Below, one piece after another: positions 25,764 through 37,229 of a stretch of 64,000 nucleotides of DNA (the stretch's first letter is position 1; each line of letters starts with the position of its first letter). The stretch is taken from the NCBI RefSeq assembly GCF_009914755.1, contig NC_060930.1, one strand, 5' to 3'. Below the pieces are notes generated by a model. The model worked only from the letters and a program-made list of their open reading frames with translations. It made no database searches and was not told the DNA's origin. The DNA comes from the human T2T-CHM13v2.0 reference genome, Homo sapiens. Made by a program: the position numbers and the translations under genes.

Positions 25764-27478
25764 TGTTGCAGCTATAAACCTGGCTCTAGTCTTTTCTTCT
25801 GTCAACTGATCACAGGGAATTCCCAACGAGGCCATTGGTGCAGGCTTGGGAAAAGAAGGCAGATTGGCAGGAGTGGAAACCATGGGCATTTGAGCCACTT
25901 TCTCATGTAACTTACTTGTGCCTTCAGGACCTCCTAAAACCCAGTCACATACATACCACTTCCACCTGATGATGAATGCTGCTTTGCATGCCCAACTTTA
26001 TGGTGAGATGGGTCAGGAAGCACCCAGTTCATGATACGCAGGCAGTTCAGGTCACATGGTGACTTGATGACCCATATGCAAATGTTCAGTTTCCACCAAA
26101 GCCCAGTAACAGGCCAAGAACTGTCTTTCAAAAGGAGAGTAGTTATTTGCAGAAGATGGCAGAGACTTGCTCCAAAATCTTAGAGGCCTCTGCTGTGATT
26201 CACCTATGGGGGCCTGCCAAAGGCTCCAAAGAGCAACCCTATTTGCCACTGACACCTCAAGCACTATTGGATCTGCTAGGTCATGTGACCCAAGTGGCAG
26301 AGCAGCTTGCACTGCAGCCTGGACCTGTTGCAGAGCCTTCTCCTGTTCTGAACCCCACTCAAAACTGGCAACCAATAAATGGACCAGACTAACACACTCA
26401 AATGAGAAATGTGTTGCCTCCAAAATCCAAATAGGCCCACTAGGCATTGTAACTCTTTCTTGGTTGTAGAAGGGGCAAAATGCAGCAACTTATCCTTCAC
26501 CTTAGAATGAATATCTCAACAGGCCCCACACCACTGGGCCCTTAGAAATTTCACTGAGGTAGAAGTTCTCTGAATTTTAGTCAGATTTATTTTCCATCCA
26601 GTAGCATGCCAAATGTCTCACCAATAAGTACAGTCTGTTTGCTATTTCTCCCTCACTGGATCTAGTTAGCATAATGTCATTAATGTAATAGGCCAGTGTG
26701 ATATCTTGTGGAAGGGAAAAGCAATCAAGATCTCTGCAAACAACATTGTGACACAAAGCCAGAGAATTGACATATCCCTGAGGTAGGACAGTGAAGGTAT
26801 ATGGCTGGCCTTGCCAGCTGAAGACTGATTACTTCTGGTGGTCCCTACAGACAGGAATGGAGAAAGACATTTGCCAAATCAATTACTACATACCAGGTAT
26901 TAGGAGAGGTGTTAATTTGCTCAAGCAATAAAACCACATCTGGTATAGCAGCTGCGATTGGAGCTACCATTTTGTTAAGCTTATGATAATAATGGATTTA
27001 TCTGTCTTCTTCACAGGCCAAATAGGAGAGTTGAACAGGGATGTGGTGGGAATCACCACCCCCAAATTCTTTCAAGTCCTTAATGGTGGTATTAATCTCT
27101 GCAATCCCATCTGGGATGTAATATTGTTTTTGATTTACTATATTTCTAGGTAGAGGCAGCTTTCATGGCTTCTCTTGGCCTTTTTGACTATAATTGTCTT
27201 AATTCTACCAGTCAGGGAGCCAATGTGGGGATTGTGCCAGCTTCTAAGCATGTCTATGAAAATTATGCATTCTGGCACAGGATGAGTCAGGGGATCCAAT
27301 GTAAGTTGAACCTGAGCTAAAACTCCATTAATTACCTGAAATCCATAAGCTCCTACTTTAACCAGAGGACCACAGTGATGTTTTAGGTCCCCTGGAATCA
27401 TCATATGCTCAGAGCCTGTGTCCAGTAGTCCCTGACATGTCTGATCATTGCCCTTTCCCCAACGCATAGTTACCCTGT
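25751..27478 (-). mobile_element. HERV-L/ERVL pol fragment (protease-RT-tether-start of RNase H)
   Basis: Minus ORFs give 'WGKGNDQTCQGLLDTGSE', 'KDKLLHFAPSTTKKELQCLVGLFGFWRQHI' and 'FEWGSEQEKALQQVQAAVQAALPLG..LEVSVA..WSLWQAPIGESQQRPLRFWSK'; frameshifted. Confidence 0.93.
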
Positions 27479-29804
27479 TGATATGGTTTGGCTGTGTTCC
27501 CACCCAAATCTCATCTTGAATTATAGCTCCCATAATTCCCACGTGTCATGTGAAGGACCTGGTGGGAGGTAATTAAATCATGGGGGAAAGTCTTTCTTAT
27601 GCTGTTCTCATGATAGTGAGTAAGTCTCACAAGATCTGATGGTTTTATAAAGGGGAGTCCTCCTGCACCCACTATCTTGCCTGCTGCCATGTAACACATG
27701 AGCCTGCTCCTCCTTTACCTTCTGCCATGATTGTGAGGCCTCCCCTGCCATGTGGAACTGTGAGTCCATTAAACATCTTTCTCTTTATAAATTACCCAGT
27801 GTCAGGTATGTCTTTATTGATATGAGAACAAAATAATACAGTAAATTGGTAATGAGTAGTGGGATGCTGCTGTAAAGATACACAAAAATGTGGAAGCGAC
27901 TTTGGAGCTGGGTAACAGTCAGATGTTGGAAGGGTGGGAGGGCTCAGAAGAAGAAAGGGAATTGTGAGAAAGTTTGGAACTTCCTAGAGACTTGTTGAAT
28001 GGCTTTGACCGAATGCTGGCCATCTCAGATGGAAATGAGGATCTTGTTGGGAACTGGAATAAAGGTGATTCTTACTATGTTTTAGCTAAGAGACGGGTGG
28101 CATTTTACCCCTGCCCTAGAGATCTATGGAATTTTGAACTTAAGAGATATGATTGAGGGTATCTGGCAGAAGAAATTTCTAAGCAGCAAAGTGTTCAAGA
28201 CATGACTTGGGTGCTGTTAAAAGCACTGAGCTGTATGTATTCACAAAGACATGGTTTGGAATTGGAACTTATATTTAAAAGGGAAGCAGAGCAAAAAAAA
28301 AGATCAGAAAATTTGCAGCATGACGATGTGGTAGAAGAGAAAAACCCACTTTCTGGGGAGAAATTCAAGCTAGATGTAGAAAATTGCATAAGTAACAGGG
28401 AGCCAAATGTTAATCAGCAAGACAATGGGGAAAATGTCTTCAGGGCATGTCAGAGACCTTCTTGGTGGCCATTCCCATCACAGGCCCAGAGGCCTAGGAA
28501 GAAAAATGGTTTTATAGGCCAGGCCTAGGGACCCCCTGCTGTGTGCAGCCTAGGGACTTGGTGCCCTAAGTTCCAGCCACTCCAGCCATGGTGAAAAGGG
28601 GCAAAGGTACAGCTCGGGACATGGCTCTAGAGGGTGCAAGCCCCAAGCCTGGGCAGTTTCCATGTGGTGTTTAACCTGCAGGTGCACAGAAGTCATGAAT
28701 TGAGGTTTAGGAACCTCCACTTAGATTTCAGAGGATATATGAACAAGCCTGGATGTCCAGACAGAAGTTTGCTGCAGGGACAGGGCCCTCATGAAGAATC
28801 TCTGCTAGGACAGTGAGGAAGGGAAATATGGGGTTGGAGCCTCCACACAGAGTCCCCACTGGGGCACTGCCTAATGGAGCTGTAAGAAGACAGCCACTGC
28901 CCTCTAGACCCCAGAATGGTAGGTCACTGACAGCTTGTACTGTGCACCAGGAAAAGCCAGAGACACTCAACACCAGCCCATGAAAGTAGCCAGAGTGCGG
29001 CTGTACCCTGCAAAGCCACATGGGTGGAGCTGCCCAAGGTTGTGTGAGCCCACTTCTTGCATTAGTGTGACCTGGATGTGAGATATGGTGTCAAAAGAGA
29101 TCATTTTGGAACTTCAAGGTTTAATGACTACCCTATTGGATTTTGGGCTTGCATGGGGCCTTTAACCCCTTTGTTTTGGCAATTTCTCCCATTTCTAATG
29201 GGAGTATTTCCCCATTGCCTGTACCCCCATTGTATCTACGAAGTAACTAACTTGCTTTTGATTTTATAGGCTCATAGGTGGAAGGGACTTAACTTGTCTC
29301 ACATGAAACTTTGGACTTGGACTTTTCAGTTAATGCTGGGATGAGTTAAGACTTTGGGGGACTGTTGAAAGGGCATGATTCTGTTTTGAAATGTAAGGAC
29401 ATGAGATTTATGAGGGGCAGGGGAAGAATGATATGGTTTGGCTGTGTCACCCCCCAAATCTCATCTTGAATTTGTGGTTTTCATAATCCCCACGAGTCAT
29501 GGGAGGGACCAAGTGGAGATAATTGAATCATGGGTGCTGTTTTTCCCATGCTGCTTGCATGATAGTGAGTTAGATCTCACAACATCTTATGGTTTTATAA
29601 GGGGTTTCCCCCTTCTCTGGGTACTCATTCTTCTCCTTCCTTCTGCCATGAGAAGAAAGACATGTTTGCTTATCCTTTTGCCATGATTGTTAGTTTCCTG
29701 AGGCCTCTCCAGCCCTTTGGAACTGTAAGTCAAGTAAATATCTTTCCTTTATAAGTTACCCAGTCTTAGGTATATCCTTATATCTGTGAGAATGGACCAA
29801 TACA
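27479..29804 (+). mobile_element. THE1 provirus-like element (LTR 27479-27840, int 27841-29428, LTR 29429-29804), probably recombinant
   Basis: Both LTRs run 'tgatatggtttggctgtgt...aataca' around MaLR internal sequence; the LTRs differ at diagnostic positions and there is no TSD (cctgt vs gtcct). Confidence 0.92.
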
Positions 29805-29806
29805 GT

Positions 29807-30074
29807 CCTGTAATCCCATCACTTTTGGCAGCTGAGGCAGGTGAATTGCTTGAGTCTAGGAGGTTGAGACCAGACTGGGAAAAATTCCAAAACCCCATCT
29901 CTACTAAAAAAAAATACAAAATATTAACCAAGCATGGTAGTGAATACCTGTAGTCCCAGCTACATGGGAAGCTGAGACGGGGAATCACCTGAGCCCAGAG
30001 GGTCGAGGCTTCAGTGAGCTGAGATCATGCCACTCCAGCAAGAGCAACTAGAGTGAGACCCTGTCTGAGAAAAA
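29807..30074 (+). mobile_element. AluJ lacking its first ~20 nt
   Basis: Begins 'cctgtaatccc' just after the THE1 LTR; 'gggtcgaggcttcagtgagctgagatcatgcc...gtgagaccctgtct'. Confidence 0.9.
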
Positions 30075-30685
30075 GAATGTTGATATTAGGTCACCAATAT
30101 CTCAATGCTTGTAAGTCTTTTGTAAAGAAATTTGCTGTTATACTTCTGGGGTTCCCTTTGTATGTGATCTGAACTATTTCTCTAGTTGCCTTTAAGATTG
30201 TGTTTTAGCATTGCCCTTGGACAGGCTGGTAAATACATGTCTTGGTGATGTTCATCTTATATCGAATCTCGCAGGTGCTCTCTGACTTTCTTGTGTATGG
30301 ATGTCTGCCTTTTTCCCAAGATTAGGAAAATTTTCTTGAATTGTTTTCACAAACATATTTTTCAGGTTATTTACTTTTCTTTTTCTCTCTCTGAAATTAC
30401 AATAATTTGTGTGTTTGATCACTTTATATAATTTTATATTTCTTGAAGACTTTGTTCTTTTTCTAAAAATTCTTTTCTTTAAATTCTGATCTGATCGTAT
30501 TGGTTCAAAAGTCTGGTTTTTAAACTCTGAAATTCTTTCTTCTGCTTGGTCTAGTCTATTGATAAATCTTTAAATTACATTTTGAAATTAATTAAGTGCA
30601 TTTTTCAATTCCATAAGCTCTCATTTCTTTTTAAGATGTCTATCTCCTTCTTCAGTTCCTAGATTGATTTAGAAGTTTATTTGTA

Positions 30686-30981
<296 letters not shown>

Positions 30982-31659
30982 GTTTATTTGTGTAATTGTC
31001 AACCTTGTCTTCAATCTCATTTAGATTCTTGGCAATCTATGCCTTGAATTCTTTATCTGTCATTTCTGAGTTTCCATTTTGGTTAGGGACCATTGCTGGA
31101 CAGCTAGTGCAGTCCTTTGGTGGTGTTACTATATTTAGGTATTTCATGGTGCTAATAATCTTGTGTTAATTCTTTCTTATCTGGAGACATTAGCATTCTA
31201 CTTTTTGTGATCAGTTTCATGCAGGTAGGATGCTTTCTTTCTTTTCCTATAGTATTATTGATTTTTCTTCTTTCCTTCCCTGACTCAAGTGATGTAACCA
31301 TAAAGAATTCTTGGTAGGTTCCTTTGGCTTTGCTTCTATAGCTCCATGCACTTCTGTCAGCAGTTTTTATATTGGGCCGTGCAGTTCAACCTATGAGCCA
31401 GTAGATAGTGCTTACAGGTAAGAGCCAGCTGTGGCCAATGTGACTGGGTATATACTTGATCCTTGTTTACTGGTAGAAGCTCTCTGTTGTCTCAGGCAGT
31501 GGGCTGATTCCTGGAGTTCACAGTGGTTTGAGCTCCGTGCTCAGTCCCTGGGAGGCAGGAATCACCATGGGCAGGGCTGGACTGGGCAGGTCCATTCATA
31601 GGTCCCCTGATGGCAGGCACAAGCACCAGTGCCAAGGGATAATCTAGTGGGCAGCCACC

Positions 31660-32460
31660 AATTCCCAGAAGTTTGCCTCGATGTGGAGCTGCAAATCTCA
31701 CTTGGTCCCAAACTCTCTGCATGGAAATATGGGGAAGTCTAAACTCCTATTCCAGGAGAATGAGTTCTTGTGATGACTGGAGATCTGCCTAGGCGTGGAG
31801 TGGGAAGGGCCCTCTTGCATCAAAATCTCTGCATAGGAAGGGTAAAATGATTCCTATCAGGCCGGGCGTGGTGTGCTAGGAATCATTTCACCCTGCAGAG
31901 TCAGGCAAGCAGGTGCTCTGAATGCCTGGAGATCTGCTTGGGCATGGAGCAGAAGGGGCCTCGTTGCAACATGATCGATGGGGAGGAAGTGTGAGGGAGT
32001 TCAAGCTACTGAACCAGAAGAGTGGGTACTCTGAATACCTGGGAATCTTCCTGGGTGTGAAGCAGAAAAGGCCTCCCTGCACCACAATCTCTGCACAAAA
32101 GTACAGAACGTGTCAGGCTGTTGATCCACGTGAATGAATTGTTTGAATGCCTGGAGATCTACCTAGGCATGGAACCAAGAAGGCCCCCCTGCACCAAGTT
32201 GTCTGCACAGGAAGGGTGAAGAAGCTCAGGCTGCTGTACCAAGTGAATGAGTGCCCTGTATGCCTGGAGAACTACCTGAGCTTGGAATGGAGAGGGCCTC
32301 ACTGCTCCATGATCCATGTCCATAAAAGTGCAGGGCATCTCAGGCTGCCGGTGCAAGCAATCAGGCACTTCCAGTGCCTAAATTTCTGCCTGGGGGTGGA
32401 TCAGAGAGGGCTCTTCTGTACCATAATCTCAGGGAAGCAGGCTGGGGCATCCAGCAATGA
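31660..32460. repeat. Diverged ~113-bp tandem array in the L1 5'UTR (6-7 units)
   Basis: The anchor ctggagatctgcct-like motif recurs at 31777, 31926, 32039, 32151, 32264 and 32378. Confidence 0.85.
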
Positions 32461-33454
32461 CACATGCAGACTGGTTCTGGGTCACCAAGCTGACTCTGGC
32501 TACAAGTCTCGCTGCCCAGAAGAAATCGCAGCTATAGTAGCTTTCTTCCTGCCCTAGGCTGGCAATAGGGAAGAGCACAATTCCAGTGCCTACTACTGAG
32601 GCACTTTTTGCAGTTTTGTGAAATCTACCACCCCGCTCCAGAACAGGCACTCCAATCCTTGGTTCAAGACAAAAGTGCCTATGCTGGCACACTGCTGGGT
32701 CACCAAAGAACAGCTGACTTTGGTCAATTAAAAGTGGTGTTCTGCTCTCAGTCCTGGGTTTGGGAAAATGTCTGCAGCTTTTCCTGGTGTCTTTCCCTAC
32801 AACATCTCCAGTCTTCTCCCCAGGTTAGCTCTAGGGCTTGGGAAAAACTAAGTAATCTCCCTCAGCCTAGGTTACTCAGATCTCCACTGGAAAGGTGAGT
32901 GACAGAGGTAGGCTGTCTGCCTCTCTCACATATAGGGGGCTTCACTCACTTTTATCAGCTTGATGCTGTCACAGAGGCTGTTTGTTAGCATTCTCCTCTC
33001 TGGGATCTGGGGTGTCCTTCATGATTTTTGTGGACTACCATTTTTCTTCTTGAATTAAAACTCACAGAGTTTATCTTAATGCTTTTAATCATAATTGAAA
33101 GATTCTAACCCATCACCTTGAAAGAAAAAGCCACCTTTTATTGTAGATTCCTTAATAATTTCTCAAATTATTGTGCCATGTTGGAAGAAAGGTAGTTTTA
33201 CTTCTTTTTAAATTTCATGTCTTTTACTTTTCTATTGCCTCGTTGCAATGGCTGGAATCTTCAGCAAAATTCTAAATAGAAGACATGACTTTCTAATTCC
33301 CTTGCCTATTATTAAGTTTTGGACATAAGAGTTTATCACGTCAACCTGGGAGGTTGAGATCATATTTCTTATCAAACTTTCAATCACTCTTTTGAGCCTC
33401 CATTGATGATTTTCTAACTCTGCTATTTCTCCTATATTTATTAAATGACAGAAT

Positions 33455-33590
33455 ACTTAATATAAAAATATATAATATATAATAAAATATCTATACTTAT
33501 ATGTTTATTATAATTTATAATATTTGTATTATTATGCAATATATTTAATAATTTATATAATATTTATTACTAGATATAATATTAATTGAT
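33455..33590. repeat. AT-rich low-complexity tract
   Basis: Nearly pure A/T. Confidence 0.85.
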
Positions 33591-36500
33591 GTTTTATTGT
33601 AAACAATAACTTTATTTCTATTTATGTATATTACTATGGACTCCTGTATCTTTATTTTACAGTGATAAAAACTGTGAACCAAGAAATTGATGTAAAAACC
33701 ACCAGCACTGTGAAACACTGGCATTATGTGCCCAATAAGATGCAGCTAGAAAGATACAACATCACTTCTGCAATATTCATGCAAAAAAAATAAAGAGTAA
33801 CTAAATGTAATTGTGAGAAAACAACAGGGAAAACCAAGTGGAGAGACATTTTGCAGAATAACTTCATCACACAATATTTAGGTCACAAAACACAAAGAAA
33901 TGGTTATTAACGATTGGTGAACTTTAGAAAGAGAATATATGGCAATTTTTATAACTTACCAAGTGGAGGAGATTAGGAAAATGGCAGATAGGAGGCAGGA
34001 TTAAATTGCAGCTCCCACTCAGACTGACAGAGCAGCGTGTGGAGACTCACATCGTGAACTTTTGCTTCAGGAACTACAGCAGGAGCATACCAGGAAAGCT
34101 AAGAGAATCCACAGATACTTTGAAGGTAGCAGGTTGCACCTGCAGACCCTGGGAGACAGCTGAAAAACGGTGAGTGCCAAAGTGTGAAGGGGGGAATCAT
34201 CCACCCCTGAACACACACCCTCACTGGGGAACCTGAAGGTCCAGATCACAGGAGAAGGATTTGGCCTTACCTGGAGCTGAGACAATTTTAAAGAGCCAAG
34301 TGAAATAAAAGGGTAGAAGAAGCAGTGGAGGGAGCCCTGTGGGCTCTCTCAGTCCCTAGAGAAACCATTTCTGACATTGTGTCTCAGAGCTCCTTAGGGA
34401 GGGCTGTCAGAGGACCTGGGAGAAGACCACAGGGAGGACAGTTCCAGCTGATTTTTGTAATAATTTTGACCTAATGTGAAGTTTCCTGGACAGAACTCAG
34501 GGGCGGGGGTGAATCCAGAGTGCAGACACAGCACAAAAGCTGCAGCAGGTGGGGAGGCACGAAACCTGAAAGCCCGGCTTGCTTTTACAATCAGGAGTCT
34601 GGTAGCTTGTGGCAGGTTCTCAGCCCTGGTCACCTGCTGCCTGGAAACAAACTTGGTGCTGTTGGGCGGCAGGCATGGTGGGAATGAGACTGGCCTTCTG
34701 GGCTGTGTGTATGAGCCGGGTGAGGCCTGTAGCTGCCAGCTTTTCCCCCACTTCCCTTGTGATCTGTGTGACGGCAGAGGCAGCCATAATTCCCCTAGGA
34801 ACATAACTCCATTGGTCTGAGAACCACACTGCAATCCCCACAGCAGCCACAGCAAGCCCCATCTAAGGGGAGTCTGAACTCAGACATGCTTAACGCTGCC
34901 CCTACTGGATGGTTTTTCTCTACCCGCCCTGGTAGCTGAGGACAAAGGAAATATTCTTTTGGGAGCTGTAGGGCCTCACCCACTGCCTGATCATCCCTAT
35001 ACTACCACAGCTGATGCTTTCTTGAAAGCTCCACTCCTGGCAAGAGGCTAACCAGCACAAAACTAGTGCAATAAACAAAACTACAACTAAGAACCCTCAC
35101 AGAGTACATTTCACTGCCCTGCCACCTTAACTGAAGCAGTTGCTGCTATGTGTGGCTGACAGACCTGAAGATGGTTCACATCACAGGACTGTGCAAACAC
35201 CCCCCAGTATCAGCACAGACCCTGGTAGCTCTGCTGGATGGCTAGATCCAGAAGAGAAATAACAATCAATTACAATTACAGTTTAAACAATTACAGTCAA
35301 ACAATTACAGTTTGACTCTCAGGAAGCCACATCACTAGGAAAAGGGGGAGAGCGCTACATAAAGGGAGCACCCTGTGGGACAAAAGAATCTGAAAGGCAG
35401 CCTTGAGCCCCAAATCTTTTCTCTAACATAGTCTACTCAAATGAGAAGGAACCAGGAAAACAATTCTAGTAATATGATAAAACAAGGTTTTTTTAACACC
35501 TCTTAAAGTGGTGAACTTTTGGCAATGTTAAAGAACCTTGTTTTTTCATATTGCTCACCAGCAACGGATCCAAAACAAGAAATCCCTGAATTGCCAGAAA
35601 GAGAATTGAGAAGGTTGATTATTAAGCTAATCAGGGAGGCACCCAGGGAAATAGATAGCATAAAAATAAACAATCACAGTTTCTGGAAATAATGGAAAAA
35701 CTGAGGGAAAATGCAAAATGCACTGGAATGTCTCAGCAATAAAATCAAACAAGCAGAAGAAATAACTTCGGAGCTCAAAGACAAGGTTTTAGAATTAACC
35801 CAATCGAACAAAGACAAAGAAAAAAGAGTAAAAGCAAAACAAAAAACAAAGCCTCCAAGAAGTTTGGAATTATGTTAAATGACCAAACCTAAGAATAATT
35901 GGTGTTCCTGAGGAATAATGGATAAAAAACCACCAACCAAGAATGCATAAAAATCCACCAACTAAGTATATGCTGTCATCAGGAGACTCACCTAACACAT
36001 AAGGACTCACATAAATTTTAGGTAAAGGGGTGGAAAAAGATATTCCATGCAAACGGACACCAAAAGCGGGCAGGAGTAGCTATTCTTATATCAGACAAAA
36101 CACACTTTAAAGCAACAACAGTTAAAAAAAACAAAGAAGGACATTATATAATGATAAAAGGACTGGTCCAACAGAAAAAATATCACAATTTAAATATATG
36201 TGCACCTAACACTGAAGCTCCCAAATTTATAAAACAATAACTACTAGACCTAAGAAATGAGACAGACAGCAACACAATAATGATAAGGGACTTTAATCCT
36301 CCACTGACAGCCCTAGACAGGTCATCAAGACAGCAAATCAACAAATAAACAATGGGTTTAAATTTTACCCTAGAACAAATGGACTTAAAAAAGATGTACA
36401 GAACATTCTTTCCAATAACTATAGAATATGCATTCTATTCATTAGCACATGGAACATTCTCCAAGATAGACCATATGATAGGCCACAAAACAAGTCTCAA

Positions 36501-37229
36501 TAAATTTAGAAAATTAAAATGATATCATATCAAGTACTCTCTCAGACCACAGTGGAATAAAATTGGAAATCAACTGTAAAAGAAACTCTTAAAGCCATGC
36601 AAATTATGGAAATTAAATCACCTGCTCCTGAATGATCATTAAGTCAACAATTAAATCAAGATGGAAAGAAACAAACTCTTTGAACTGAATGATAATAGTG
36701 ACACAACCTATCAAACCCTCTGGAATACAGTGAAGGTGGTGTTAAGAGGAAAGTTCATGACATTAAATGCCTACAACAAAAAGTCTGAAAGAGCACAAAC
36801 AGACAATCTAAGGTCACACCTCAAGAAACTAGAGAAACAAGAACAAACCAAACTCAAACCCAGCAGAAGAAAAGAAGTAACAAAGGTTAGAGAAAAACTA
36901 AATGAAATTGAAACAAAAAATACAAAATATAAATGAAACAAAAACTGGTTCTTTGGAAAGATAAACAAAATTGATAGACCATTAGCGAGATTAACAAAGA
37001 AGAGAAAGGATCCAAATAAGCGCAGTTAGAAGCAAAACAGGAGATATTACAACTGATACCACAGAAATACAAAAGATCAGTCAAGGCTAATATGAACATC
37101 TTTGCACACATAAACTAAAAAACCTACAAGAGTTGGATAAATTCCTGGAAATATACTACCCTCCTAGATTAAACCAGGAAGAAATAGAAACTCTGAATAA
37201 ACCAATAACAAGCAGCGAGATTAAAATGG

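Noticed and set aside
26052-26500. ERVL pol ORFs as a domesticated gene
   Set aside because: Frameshifted between adjacent motifs, truncated on both sides, and the RNase H catalytic motif appears deleted.
31660-32460. CRISPR-like repeat-spacer array
   Set aside because: Whole units are homologous with no unique spacers, the DNA is primate, and the array lies inside an L1 5'UTR.
34394-34983. Cluster of overlapping ORFs / CpG island
   Set aside because: This is the GC-richer L1PB 5'UTR; CpGs are sparse and the ORFs reflect low stop-codon density.
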